A stretch of DNA of 64,000 bases from an uncultured Pseudomonadota bacterium (GCA_963736005.1 CAVTNB010000001.1:1632001-1696000), one strand, 5' to 3'. Counted from the stretch's first letter, positions 38,514-48,383 are shown. Notes: generated by a model from the sequence alone, not told the origin. Made by a program: numbers and translations.

Positions 38514-39424
38514 GCAAGCGCCACCTTACGCGCCTCGACGACTCGGGCGGCGAGGTCGTGTTGTCTCACCTTTTTGACGTCTTCTTGATATTTGAGCAAG
38601 GCGCCAATAGTTTGAGCGACGACCGCTTCATCGAGCGTCTTTTGCCCCAAGGCGAGCAGGGCCGCGGCCCAATCGATCGTTTCGGCGATGCCTGGTTGTT
38701 TGTAGAGCGAATCCGATCGAAGCGAGGCAACGAACGCAGCCGCCTCGCGCGCAAGCGTCCAGCTGATGCCCGGAACGCGTGCTTCGGTGATTTGCGCTTC
38801 GCGGGCGAGGTCTGGATAGTCAATCCAGTGGTACAGACAGCGTCGCTTGAGGGCGTCGTGCACTTCGCGCGTCCGATTGCTTGTGAGAATGGCAATCGGG
38901 GGGCGTCGCGCCTTAAACGTGCCGATTTCTGGGACCGTGATGGAGTAGTCGGAAAGCAACTCGAGCAGATAGGCTTCGAACTCCTCATCCGCACGATCGA
39001 TCTCATCGATGAGCAGCACGGCGGGGAGTTCGTCAGAATCGTCAATGGCTTGCAGCAGTGGTCGCTTGATCAAAAACTCCGGCCCGAAGATTTCACGCTC
39101 GGTCGAGTCCGACGCTGCCAAGGTCCCGCGCGCTTCGGCCAACCGAATGTGCAGGATTTGGCGCGCATAGTTCCATTCGTAGACCGCGTGGTTGACGTCC
39201 AGCCCTTCATAGCACTGCAGGCGTATCAAACGACGTCCCATGCCGGCCGCGAGCACTTTGGCCACTTCGGTCTTTCCGACGCCGGCCTCGCCCTCCAAGA
39301 ACAGTGGCTTGCTCAACTGTAGGCTTAAGAAGATCGACACCGCGAGGTTTCGATCGGCTATGTACCGATGCTCGGCGAGCAGCCGGCTCACGTCGTCGAT
39401 CGACTGTGGTTGCATGATGGTCAT
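38510..39424 (-). CDS. CoxD-like MoxR AAA+ ATPase
   Basis: GEAGVGKT, RLQCYEG, LIDEIDRAD, TSNRTRE, DALKRRC. Confidence 0.93.
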   Translation of the reverse strand: MTIMQPQSIDDVSRLLAEHRYIADRNLAVSIFLSLQLSKPLFLEGEAGVGKTEVAKVLAAGMGRRLIRLQCYEGLDVNHAVYEWNYARQILHIRLAEARGTLAASDSTEREIFGPEFLIKRPLLQAIDDSDELPAVLLIDEIDRADEEFEAYLLELLSDYSITVPEIGTFKARRPPIAILTSNRTREVHDALKRRCLYHWIDYPDLAREAQITEARVPGISWTLAREAAAFVASLRSDSLYKQPGIAETIDWAAALLALGQKTLDEAVVAQTIGALLKYQEDVKKVRQHDLAARVVEARKVALA

Positions 39425-39496
39425 GGGAGGTTAGTTTTTTCACTACGGGAGAGTCGCTTGCCTGCGCGAAGCTGCGTCACAAGGAGAGCAACAAGG

Positions 39497-40261
39497 ATGA
39501 ACTTAGAGTTGAGAAATCGCGTGGCGCTCGTTGCTGCATCGAGCAGCGGCCTGGGTCGCGCGTGCGCAGAAGCGTTGGCGGCCGAGGGAGCTCGGGTCGT
39601 GGTATCGAGTCGAAACATCGACAAAGCGCAGGCGGCAGCGGATGAAATTGCCGAGCGCACCAACTCCGAAACCGCGGCATTTGCCTGCGATCTTGCGCAG
39701 CCGGAAGAGCCCGCGCAGCTCGTCGCTCGTTGCGTCGCCAAGTTTGGCGGCCTGGATGTGCTCGTGACCAACGCAGGCGGTCCGCCGGCGGGTGGTTTCG
39801 CGGATTTTGACGATGATGCGTGGGAACGCGCCGTGCAGCTGACACTGTTTTCCGTTGTGCGCTTGGTTCGCGCGGCCTTGCCCCACCTAAAGGCGAGTGG
39901 TCGCGGGAGGATCGTTAATCTTTCGTCCACGTCGGTGAAAGAACCGATCGATAACTTGTTGCTCAGCAATAGCGTGCGGCCGGCGGTCATTGGCCTCGCT
40001 CGCACGCTTGCGCGCGAAGTCGCGCCGCTCGGTATCACCGTCAACAACGTATGTCCTGGGAGAATTCGCACCCAGCGCCTGATGGCATTATATGGCAGCC
40101 AGGAGGCGATCGCTAAGGCAGCGGCCCAAATCCCAATCGGCCGCCTCGGCGAGCCGAGTGATTTCGCTCCGTTGGTTGTTTTTCTCGCGGGTGCGTCCGC
40201 GGGCTATATCACCGGACAAACGATCTGCGTTGACGGCGGCCTCACGCGCACACTTATGTAG
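39497..40261 (+). CDS. SDR family oxidoreductase
   Basis: ASSSGLG, NAGGPP, GQTICVDGG. Confidence 0.92.
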   Translation: MNLELRNRVALVAASSSGLGRACAEALAAEGARVVVSSRNIDKAQAAADEIAERTNSETAAFACDLAQPEEPAQLVARCVAKFGGLDVLVTNAGGPPAGGFADFDDDAWERAVQLTLFSVVRLVRAALPHLKASGRGRIVNLSSTSVKEPIDNLLLSNSVRPAVIGLARTLAREVAPLGITVNNVCPGRIRTQRLMALYGSQEAIAKAAAQIPIGRLGEPSDFAPLVVFLAGASAGYITGQTICVDGGLTRTLM

Positions 40262-40316
40262 GAGACGATCGACCCACAAGGCAGGGCGGCTTGGCGCGCT
40301 TCGCAAACAAGCGCAC

Positions 40317-40838
40317 GTGTTTCGCTGGCTAATCGGCGGCCTCGTGGTGGTCGCCGTTGTCGTCCTCATCGCAGCTCTGTATCCAAATGAGAATGCCCCG
40401 GATCGCGGGCCCTCGCAGGTGATTGGCACGCGACTTCCGGCGGTAACGCTGCCAGGCCTACATGGACCGCAACTCAACACGGGCGCTCTGCCCGGGCGGC
40501 CGGTGCTTGTCAACGTGTGGGCGACGTGGTGCGGTCCGTGCCGGCGCGAGATGCCGGCTTTGACATTACTCGCCCATAAGATGGCGCCGCGCCTGACAGT
40601 CATCGCAATCGATCAGGGAGAAGATGCCCGAGTGGTGAACGCTTACGTCAAGCAGTTTGGCGTCGATTTTCCGATCTACCTTGACCGCGATCAGCGCATG
40701 GGAACGATGCTCCATCTTGTTGGCCTCCCAAGTTCTTTTTTTATCGATCAAAATGGTGTGGTCCGAGATGCGGTGGATGGCGAAATGACCTTTCAAATCA
40801 TGAGCGACAAAGCACAACGCCTGGTAGCTGGCGGGTAG
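40317..40838 (+). CDS. TlpA-family thiol:disulfide oxidoreductase
   Basis: N-terminal TM, NVWATWCGPCRREMP, GLPSSFFID. Confidence 0.9.
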   Translation: MFRWLIGGLVVVAVVVLIAALYPNENAPDRGPSQVIGTRLPAVTLPGLHGPQLNTGALPGRPVLVNVWATWCGPCRREMPALTLLAHKMAPRLTVIAIDQGEDARVVNAYVKQFGVDFPIYLDRDQRMGTMLHLVGLPSSFFIDQNGVVRDAVDGEMTFQIMSDKAQRLVAGG

Positions 40839-40859
40839 CAGCGTCGAACGGAGCAGCAG

Positions 40860-41540
40860 TTGAACATCCATGCGTTCGTGTCATCCCCCACGGTGAAAGC
40901 CTTTGTGCTCGCGTGTATCGGGGTTTTCCTGATTGCTGTTGTCGCTACCGGCGGCTGTAGTAGTTCATCGTCGCCACCAAACCCTACCGGCTCGTCGTCA
41001 CCAACCGTGGCACCATCGGGTTCCCCAACGCCGACACCCTCGCCGACGCCAACGGCAAATTATTTCGTTGCGCTCGAATATCCAAGCGTGCCTCCGACCA
41101 CGGATCCAACCTACGGTGTGGTGCAAGGGTACGCGCAGCTCGCCACCCCACCCGCACAGTCGCCGTCACCTTCGCCCATTCCGACCATCAGCTCGCAGCT
41201 TGTGACCGTTCACTGCAATCAAAATATTGAGTTCTACAACGTCGATCGCACGTCACCGCACACCGCATCGCTGTTAGGAACTGCAAACGGAACGAATTGG
41301 CCGGCTACCTTCAACAACACTAGCGGCACGATCGCAAGCCCGCTGCTCACGCCCATCAACTATCCAGAATTCTCCTCAGGTTCGATGACGGCGTATGGCG
41401 GCACGGTCGGCTGGTTCTCGCTTGTGTACTCGACCGGTAACGTAGCTGGAGCGTACTATTTCGGCGACAAGTACGACTACACGCCAATATTTCCGGGTTT
41501 CCCTCAAATGAGAACGGTTATTAGCGTCCTCTGCCCATAA
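40860..41540 (+). CDS. Lipoprotein, cupredoxin-like paralogue with altered metal ligands
   Basis: Lipobox-like TGGC; PHTAS..FSSG..YYFG..MRTVI shared with the next gene. Confidence 0.65.
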   Translation: MNIHAFVSSPTVKAFVLACIGVFLIAVVATGGCSSSSSPPNPTGSSSPTVAPSGSPTPTPSPTPTANYFVALEYPSVPPTTDPTYGVVQGYAQLATPPAQSPSPSPIPTISSQLVTVHCNQNIEFYNVDRTSPHTASLLGTANGTNWPATFNNTSGTIASPLLTPINYPEFSSGSMTAYGGTVGWFSLVYSTGNVAGAYYFGDKYDYTPIFPGFPQMRTVISVLCP

Positions 41541-41543
41541 GCA

Positions 41544-41628
41544 CGTAATCGCGCGAATTGATTCGGCGTGTGTCCATGTAGTGGGCGACTGTCAAGTCGC
41601 CTGTAGTCGCGCGAATTTATTCGCGCGA
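41544..41628 (+). repeat. REP-like triplet (left arm of an ~80-bp inverted repeat)
   Basis: Near-identical to the reverse complement of 42425-42505. Confidence 0.88.
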
Positions 41629-41776
41629 TTTTTTCAGCTTTGTTTCAGGACCACGTTCAGCGTCGTTTCATCGCCAGGCGTTACAGTTACCCAAGCGGGT
41701 GGGGCGTTGCGCCCTGTCGCCTCGCCCGCATGAAATTTTGGACAGCGATTCCACTCGGGGCGGGAAGGACGACTCC

Positions 41777-42406
41777 GTGAATTTTAAGCCTCTTTTCAGA
41801 ATTCAGACAACCGCTTTCGCTGTGCTCGTTGCAATCGCAACTGTTGCTTTCGCCGGTTGCGGAGGGGGCGGGGGCTCGGGCACAGGCCTCGGCTGCGCGA
41901 GCTACGGCGGTGGTGGCGGCGGTGGTGGTGGAAGCTGCGTCGGCAACCCGGTGCCAAAAGCATCGCCCACGATGGATCCCTCTGCACAAGCGGTTGGCAT
42001 TCTACTTTCGGGAGAAAATCCGGTAACGGTGACGATCTACGGCGCGGTGCTCGGTTACGCCAATGGGACCCCGAGCTCGCCGAACGGTTCAAACGTCGTC
42101 AACCTCACGGCCAATCAAACCGTTCAATTCACAAACGACGAAGCGACAAGTTCTGGCGTTGCACACACCGCTTCATCTCTCGGCACTTGGAGCGGATCTT
42201 ACCCTGCGGCTGGACCGACGAGCGCTCAACAGAACGCGTCGCCCGCAGGGACGTCGCTCAGCACCGCAGGCTTCAGCTCGGGAGTCCTCAACCCTGGGCA
42301 GGTGTCAGCTGTCTACAACAGCGGAGCCTCTGGTGGAATCTATGTGTTCGGTTGCTTCTTTCACTACAACTCGAACAATATGCGCACGGTCGTGATTGTA
42401 ATGTAG
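41777..42406 (+). CDS. Cupredoxin (type-1 Cu) lipoprotein
   Basis: Lipobox FAGC, Gly-rich linker, AHTAS...GCFFHY...NMRT (His, Cys, His, Met). Confidence 0.75.
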   Translation: MNFKPLFRIQTTAFAVLVAIATVAFAGCGGGGGSGTGLGCASYGGGGGGGGGSCVGNPVPKASPTMDPSAQAVGILLSGENPVTVTIYGAVLGYANGTPSSPNGSNVVNLTANQTVQFTNDEATSSGVAHTASSLGTWSGSYPAAGPTSAQQNASPAGTSLSTAGFSSGVLNPGQVSAVYNSGASGGIYVFGCFFHYNSNNMRTVVIVM

Positions 42407-42424
42407 TCACGCGACCAAACTTGG

Positions 42425-42505
42425 GCGCGAATAAATTCGCGCGACTACAGGCGACTTGACAGTCGCCACTACATGGACACAGCCGAATAGATTCGCGCGA
42501 CTACA
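42425..42505 (-). repeat. REP-like triplet (right arm)
   Basis: Reverse complement of 41544-41626 with few differences. Confidence 0.88.
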
Positions 42506-42518
42506 TTTTCTTGCGTGG

Positions 42519-43547
42519 TTAGGTGTGGGCGAGCGCGGGGAGCACCTTCGTAAAGTTGGTCGCGAGAGTGTCGTAGTCCGACGATTGATACTCTTCAATG
42601 CGTCCACTGTCACAAAGCGCAGTGAGCGATGTGTCGATGGGCAGTTGGGCAAGCAAGGGAGCTCCACTTTCAACGACGAGTTCGACACCTTTCGAAGGCC
42701 CAAAGAGCTCGTGGCGCTTACCCGTTTCGGGATCCGTGTAGTACGACATATTCTCGACAATGCCAAGGATCGATGCGTGCAGCTGTTGCACGAGCTTGAT
42801 GGCCTTGCTCACGATCATCGTCGCGAGGCCTTGTGGCGTGGTCACCAACACGACTCCGGATACCGGAAGCGCTTGCAGCACGGTTAGCGGCGCATCAGAC
42901 GTTCCGGGGGGAAGGTCTATAAACAGATAGTCGAGCTTGCCCCATTCGAGATCGGTGTAGAATTGTTGAATCGCGCGCGACACCATCGGCCCACGCCAAA
43001 TGACCGCGTCGGTTTCCTTGTCCGTCAGCAAGTTCATTGACATGATCTGAATGCCGCTTGGCGTGGCAGGCGGGTGCGGCTTGCGGTCTTCACCCTCGTA
43101 CGGTCTCGCGCTCACGCCGAAGAGCCGAGCCATGCTGGGGCCTGTGATATCAGCATCGAGAATGCCCACCCGCAGGCCTTGGCGTTGCAACGCAACGGCG
43201 AGCAAACCGGTCACCAGTGATTTTCCAACGCCGCCCTTGCCCGACATGATCGCGACGATGTGTTCGATGCCGGGCTTTTGCTGCCGCTGTGGACCGGTCG
43301 CGCTTGTCGGATGGGCTGGGCGCTCGCGCGGAGGCGGCACCGTTCCGTCGGCAATGAACCGATTGAGATCAGCGAGCAGTGCGTCGAGATCGAGGTGATG
43401 GACACCGGCGCCTTGGCGGATCGTCTCGCGCGTCGACACATGACAACCCGCACAGGGCAACCCATGCGCGCCGAACACTCGCTCGGAACCGGGGTGCTTC
43501 GATACGACTTCGCGGATTGTGATGTCGGGAGAAATCGAGGTTTGCAT
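42519..43547 (-). CDS. Mrp/NBP35 (ApbC) Fe-S carrier ATPase with an N-terminal DUF1858-like CxxC domain
   Basis: SGKGGVGKS, DADITGPS, WRGP, DLPPGT, ENMS; N-terminal HP..VF..GLPCAGC. Confidence 0.9.
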   Translation of the reverse strand: MQTSISPDITIREVVSKHPGSERVFGAHGLPCAGCHVSTRETIRQGAGVHHLDLDALLADLNRFIADGTVPPPRERPAHPTSATGPQRQQKPGIEHIVAIMSGKGGVGKSLVTGLLAVALQRQGLRVGILDADITGPSMARLFGVSARPYEGEDRKPHPPATPSGIQIMSMNLLTDKETDAVIWRGPMVSRAIQQFYTDLEWGKLDYLFIDLPPGTSDAPLTVLQALPVSGVVLVTTPQGLATMIVSKAIKLVQQLHASILGIVENMSYYTDPETGKRHELFGPSKGVELVVESGAPLLAQLPIDTSLTALCDSGRIEEYQSSDYDTLATNFTKVLPALAHT

Positions 43548-43601
43548 CTCTCTCTTGTTTCGCCACAAAGGACCACAAATACCGCTCACGAAGGCGTTTT
43601 T

Positions 43602-44846
43602 ATGAAGAATCATCGCGCTGCTATTGTCGCATTGAGTTTTTGTCTGCTCGCGGCATGCTCGAATGCACCGAACGGTCAAACGGGATCCAGCGGTGGTGCC
43701 CAAAGTGGCAACAACGTCATCAAGATTGGCGCGGATCTGCCGCTCTCGGGCGGCGATGCGTCCGACGGCATTCCGACTGCCAATGGCGTGAAGCTCGCAA
43801 TCATCGACGCAAATAAGCAGCACATGATTCCTGGCTACACGCTGCAGGCTAATATTCTCGACGATGCCGTCAATGGCGTCCATTCACCAAGCCAAGGCGT
43901 CAAGAACATTCAGTCGTTCGCGAGCGACAACGCGGTGCTCGGCGTCGTTGGTCCCTTCAACAGCAACGTTGCCAAAGCCGAAATCCCCCTTTCCAACAGC
44001 CTTGGGATTGCGCTGATCAGCCCGGCGAATACCAATCCGGATCTCACCAAAGGCTCGCTGGCGCAAGAACTGCGCACCACGAATCCAAATGCGATCACCT
44101 ATTTCCGGGTGTGCACGACGGACGACATTCAGGGTCCGGCTGGTGCCGACTATGCCGCACAAGTCATCAACCTTCGCCGCGCGTACGTGCTCGATGACAA
44201 CGAAACCTATGGCAGGGGTGTGGCCGATCAGTGGGCTGCCGAGTTCCAAAAAGATGGCGGGACGATCCTCGGGCACGATCACATCACCAAGGGGCAACAA
44301 GACTTTCACGCACTGCTCACCCGCGCCGCGAGCCAAAACCCAGACGTTGTTTTCTACGGCGGCACGACGTCGACGGGCGGTGGCCTAGTCCGCAAGCAAA
44401 TGGCCGACACGGGATTGGGAGCTATCCGCTACTTCGGCGCAGACGGCATTCGCAACGATCAATTTCTCACCGATGCTGGGGCCGCTGCAAATAATTCCTA
44501 CGCAACCGTTGCCTCCGTCAACGCCGACAAAATACCGGCGGCGCGCGCGTTTCTCAAAGAATACCAAGCACAATTCGGTCAGCCCGTGGGATCTTATTCC
44601 GCCGCCGGGTATGTGGCTGCGATGACGATCATCGATGCGATCGCCACTGCCATGAAGAGCAACGGCGGCAAAGTGCCGTCGCGAAGCGACGTGCTCGCGC
44701 AGCTACGCCAAGGCTTGGTGCATAAGAGCATCATCGGGGATTTTTCGTTCGACGCCAACGGCGACACAACGAACAAGGTTATTTCGACGTACGGCGTCCA
44801 AAATGGTCAGTGGGTGTTCCTGCTTCAGAAAAACTACGCCAAGTAA
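43602..44846 (+). CDS. livK: Branched-chain amino acid ABC transporter substrate-binding lipoprotein
   Basis: Lipobox LAAC, VVGPFNS, SPANT, YFRVC..DDIQG, FDANGD. Confidence 0.9.
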   Translation: MKNHRAAIVALSFCLLAACSNAPNGQTGSSGGAQSGNNVIKIGADLPLSGGDASDGIPTANGVKLAIIDANKQHMIPGYTLQANILDDAVNGVHSPSQGVKNIQSFASDNAVLGVVGPFNSNVAKAEIPLSNSLGIALISPANTNPDLTKGSLAQELRTTNPNAITYFRVCTTDDIQGPAGADYAAQVINLRRAYVLDDNETYGRGVADQWAAEFQKDGGTILGHDHITKGQQDFHALLTRAASQNPDVVFYGGTTSTGGGLVRKQMADTGLGAIRYFGADGIRNDQFLTDAGAAANNSYATVASVNADKIPAARAFLKEYQAQFGQPVGSYSAAGYVAAMTIIDAIATAMKSNGGKVPSRSDVLAQLRQGLVHKSIIGDFSFDANGDTTNKVISTYGVQNGQWVFLLQKNYAK

Positions 44847-44858
44847 GCTAAGCTGTTC

Positions 44859-45776
44859 TTGGCGGAGCATCAGTTTTTTCAACAACTCATTAACGGCATC
44901 GCGCTGGGCGGGGTGTACGCGCTCGTCGCGCTTGGCTATACCATGGTCTACGGGATCATCGAGCTCATCAATTTTGCCCACGGTGACGTCTACACGCTGG
45001 GGACGTTTTTTTCGCTGAGCATCATCGCGCTCATTCCGATGAGCAAATTCACGGCTGGCTACGAACTCTGGCTCATCGCCTTTGTAGTGATCGTGCTGGC
45101 GGCGCTCTTGTGCGGCATCGTCGGCGTCCTCATCGAGCGACTTGCCTATCGCCGGCTGCGCAACGCACCGAGACTGGCGCCGCTGATCACGGCGATTGGG
45201 GTCTCGCTCATCCTTGAAAATGTCATGCAGCTGTGGAAGGGTCCGTCCGAGGTATCATTTCCGCAGTTTCTGCCGGACCGCATCCATACGTTCGGCGGGA
45301 TCGAGATCCACGACCACGCGCTGCTCGTCGTCTTCGTTAGCATCGCCTGCATGATCGCGCTGAACATCCTCGTCTTTCGGACCAAACTTGGAACCGCGAT
45401 GCGGGCAACCGCGCAAGACCGAGATGCCGCGCAACTGATGGGCATCAACATCAATTCGACCATTGCCTGGACCTTCTTCATCGGCGCAGCGCTTGCGGGC
45501 GTCGCCGGCTTCATCTCAGGCATGTACTACGGAACCACATTTTTTCTCAATGGTTATCAAGCCGGCCTCAAAGCGTTCACGGCAGCGGTTCTGGGCGGCA
45601 TTGGCAACGTCACAGGCGCGATGCTTGGCGGGTTCCTCATCGGCATCGTCGAGGCGATGACCTCGCAGTATATCTCGGACCAGTGGACGTCCGTTGTCGT
45701 GTTTAGCATTCTCATCCTCATTCTTGTGTTCCGCCCGAGCGGTCTCTTGGGCGAACAGTTGCCGGAGAAGGTATGA
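44859..45776 (+). CDS. livH: Branched-chain amino acid ABC permease
   Basis: YALVALGYTMVYGI, NFAHG, KAFTAAVLGGIG. Confidence 0.93.
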   Translation: MAEHQFFQQLINGIALGGVYALVALGYTMVYGIIELINFAHGDVYTLGTFFSLSIIALIPMSKFTAGYELWLIAFVVIVLAALLCGIVGVLIERLAYRRLRNAPRLAPLITAIGVSLILENVMQLWKGPSEVSFPQFLPDRIHTFGGIEIHDHALLVVFVSIACMIALNILVFRTKLGTAMRATAQDRDAAQLMGININSTIAWTFFIGAALAGVAGFISGMYYGTTFFLNGYQAGLKAFTAAVLGGIGNVTGAMLGGFLIGIVEAMTSQYISDQWTSVVVFSILILILVFRPSGLLGEQLPEKV

Positions 45777-46822
45777 GCACGATGCGGAAAGCGGTCCCCA
45801 TCGTCATCGGGTTGGCGCTGCTTGCCGTTCCGTTCGTCGACCGCAACGCCGCGCATATTTCCGCCTACGCCGATACGGGGATGCTCGTGTTGCTTGCCTT
45901 TGGCCTCAACATCATCGTTGGCTACACCGGCCTTTTGGCGTTGGGTTTTGCCGCGTTCTTCGCCATCGGCGCGTACACGTACGGCTTTCTTGCGTCACCG
46001 CAGTTCGGAATCCACCTCAATTTTTGGCCGATGATCGCGGTCAGCGCCGGTGTTGCCGCGCTCTTCGGACTCTTGCTCGGCGCCCCAACCCTTCGCTTGC
46101 GCGGCGATTACCTCGCTATCGTGACGCTCGGCTTCGGAGAAATCGTTCCGCAAGTTCTTCAGAACCTCGATAGGTGGACTGGTGGACCAGATGGCATCGC
46201 CGGCATCGATCAGCCCAAGATCTTTGGCTACGCCTTTGGATTCAATCCAATCCCGTACTACTATCTCTACTTGGCAATCATTTTACTTGCGCTGTGGCTC
46301 ATGAATAACTTGCGGTATTCTCGCCTCGGTCGCGCGTGGATGGCCATCCGAGAAGACGAACTCGCGGCCGCTCACATGGGCATCAACACAACGGGAGCCA
46401 AGCTAGCCGCGTTTTCGTTGGGAGCGGCTCTCGCTGGCGTCGCCGGCGTGTTATTCGCGGCGAAGCTCAGCACGGTTAGTCCAAGCGGATTTGACTTCAA
46501 CACGTCCGTGATGATCCTCGCCGCGATCGTCCTCGGCGGGATGGGCAATCTGGCAGGTGTGCTCCTGGGCGCGACGATCATCGGGCTCTTGAACTTTCTC
46601 ATCTTGCCGCAAGCCAGCAACCTCGTGCAGACGCTGGGGCAATGGGTGCATCTTGCCGCCCTCCAGTCGGTCGATCTCAACCAATACCGCTTCATGCTCT
46701 ACGGGATCATCTTGGTGCTTGTCATGCTCTTCCGCCCCGAAGGGTTGCTCCCAAGCGCCGTGCGCCAAGCGGAATTGCATGCCGAGCAACCCGATGACGC
46801 ACTGCCTGAGGCAGCTTATTGA
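45773..46822 (+). CDS. livM: Branched-chain amino acid ABC permease
   Basis: GLNIIVGYTG, LRLRGDYLAIVTLGFGEI, AIREDE. Confidence 0.93.
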   Translation: MSTMRKAVPIVIGLALLAVPFVDRNAAHISAYADTGMLVLLAFGLNIIVGYTGLLALGFAAFFAIGAYTYGFLASPQFGIHLNFWPMIAVSAGVAALFGLLLGAPTLRLRGDYLAIVTLGFGEIVPQVLQNLDRWTGGPDGIAGIDQPKIFGYAFGFNPIPYYYLYLAIILLALWLMNNLRYSRLGRAWMAIREDELAAAHMGINTTGAKLAAFSLGAALAGVAGVLFAAKLSTVSPSGFDFNTSVMILAAIVLGGMGNLAGVLLGATIIGLLNFLILPQASNLVQTLGQWVHLAALQSVDLNQYRFMLYGIILVLVMLFRPEGLLPSAVRQAELHAEQPDDALPEAAY

Positions 46823-47613
46823 TGGCTCACAGCGAGCCGGCAGCGCACGTGTCGCCGCTTTTGACGCTCCGATCCGTCTCCAAGAACTTTGGCGGCCTCG
46901 CGGCTGTCAAGGACCTGTCGCTTGCGGTCGAACCAGGGCGCATCGTCAGTCTCATCGGGCCCAACGGGGCGGGCAAGTCAACGGTCTTTAACCTCATCAC
47001 TGGCATTTACACACCCAGCTCGGGGACGATCGTTTTTGAGGACCGGGTCCTCAATGGCTACCGACCCGATCTGGTCACTGCGGCTGGCATCGCACGAACG
47101 TTTCAAAACATTCGGTTGTTCTCGTTCATGACGGTGCTGGAAAACGTCATGGTTGGGCGCAATGCTCGCATGCATGCGAACCTTGCCGACAGCGCGCTGC
47201 GCACGCCGCGAGCGACCCGTGAGGATAAGACCGTCGAGCACGCCGCCATGGAGCTGCTCGAGTTTTTTGGCTTGACGCGTTATGCTACTGAGTGGGCTCG
47301 CAACTTGCCATACGGCATGCAGCGCCGCTTGGAGATGGCTCGAGCCCTAGCGAGCGAGCCGCGATTACTGCTCTTAGACGAGCCAGCCGCGGGAACCAAT
47401 CCCGCGGAGAAGCAAGCGCTCATGCGACTCGTGCAGGCGATTCGAAATCGCGGGATCACCGTGCTGCTCATCGAGCACGACATGCGACTCGTCATGGAAA
47501 TCTCAGACGAGGTCCACGTGCTCGACTACGGCGAGAAGATTGCCCAGGGCACGCCGGAAGAGGTTCGCCACAATCCGCTGGTCATCGAAGCCTACCTTGG
47601 CAAAGGCGCATGA
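46819..47613 (+). CDS. livG: Branched-chain amino acid ABC ATPase
   Basis: GPNGAGKS, RTFQNIRLF, LPYG, DEPAAG. Confidence 0.93.
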   Translation: MMAHSEPAAHVSPLLTLRSVSKNFGGLAAVKDLSLAVEPGRIVSLIGPNGAGKSTVFNLITGIYTPSSGTIVFEDRVLNGYRPDLVTAAGIARTFQNIRLFSFMTVLENVMVGRNARMHANLADSALRTPRATREDKTVEHAAMELLEFFGLTRYATEWARNLPYGMQRRLEMARALASEPRLLLLDEPAAGTNPAEKQALMRLVQAIRNRGITVLLIEHDMRLVMEISDEVHVLDYGEKIAQGTPEEVRHNPLVIEAYLGKGA

Positions 47614-48326
47614 CGGCCCCAGTCCTCTCCCTGGCGGGCGTCGAGACCTATTATGGCCGTATCTGCGCATTGCGCGGCGTGTCGCTTGAGGTCAACGCCA
47701 ATGAGATCGTCGCGCTGATCGGAGCCAATGGCGCAGGCAAGACCACGACCTTGCGTACGATCTCGGGACTGTGCAAGCCGCTGCGCGGTTCGATTACCTT
47801 ACGCGGCGAAAGCTTAGTTGGGATGCTGCCCGATGCGATCGTGCGCAAAGGGGTGATTCAGTCGCCCGAGGGCCGGCGTATTTTTCCACGACTCACCGTG
47901 AGCGAAAACCTGCGTCTTGGAGCGTACGCTCGCAGCGACGGCGGCATCGCCGCTGACCTCGAGAACGTCTTAACGCTCTTCCCTCGGCTAAAGGAGCGGC
48001 TCAAACAAAAAGGGGGCACGCTGTCGGGTGGCGAGCAGCAAATGCTCGCCATCGCGCGCGCGCTCATGGCGCGTCCGCAAGTGCTACTGCTTGACGAGCC
48101 TTCACTGGGTCTGTCGCCAATTTTGGTCGATACGATATTTTCGGTCATTGCTGATGTGAACAAGCGCGGGGTGCCGATTTTGCTCATCGAGCAAAACGCA
48201 CGCAAGGCGCTGCAGGTCGCCGCGCGCGGATACGTCATGGAAACCGGATCGATCGTCAAGAGCGGGCTCGCGTCAGCGCTGCTCGCAGACGACGATGTTC
48301 GCAAAGCCTACCTCGGCGAAGAATAA
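47610..48326 (+). CDS. livF: Branched-chain amino acid ABC ATPase
   Basis: GANGAGKT, PEGRRIF, LSGGEQQML, DEPSLGL. Confidence 0.93.
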   Translation: MTAPVLSLAGVETYYGRICALRGVSLEVNANEIVALIGANGAGKTTTLRTISGLCKPLRGSITLRGESLVGMLPDAIVRKGVIQSPEGRRIFPRLTVSENLRLGAYARSDGGIAADLENVLTLFPRLKERLKQKGGTLSGGEQQMLAIARALMARPQVLLLDEPSLGLSPILVDTIFSVIADVNKRGVPILLIEQNARKALQVAARGYVMETGSIVKSGLASALLADDDVRKAYLGEE

Positions 48327-48382
48327 TGTAGTCTCGCGAATTTATTCGCGAGCCTCTAGGGGGCGATTGGAAAATCGCCCCT
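48327..48382. repeat. REP-like doublet
   Basis: TGTAGTCTCGCGAATTTATTCGCGAG and GGGGCGATTGGAAAATCGCCCC. Confidence 0.8.
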
Positions 48383-48383
48383 C

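Noticed and set aside
41544..41628. Repeat clusters as a possible CRISPR array
   Set aside because: There is no constant repeat with unique equal-length spacers and no cas genes. These are REP-like hairpins.
42519..44846. Overlapping N-terminal extensions of the Mrp and LivK ORFs in the ORF track
   Set aside because: Plausible starts at 43547 and 43602 remove the overlap, leaving simple divergent genes.
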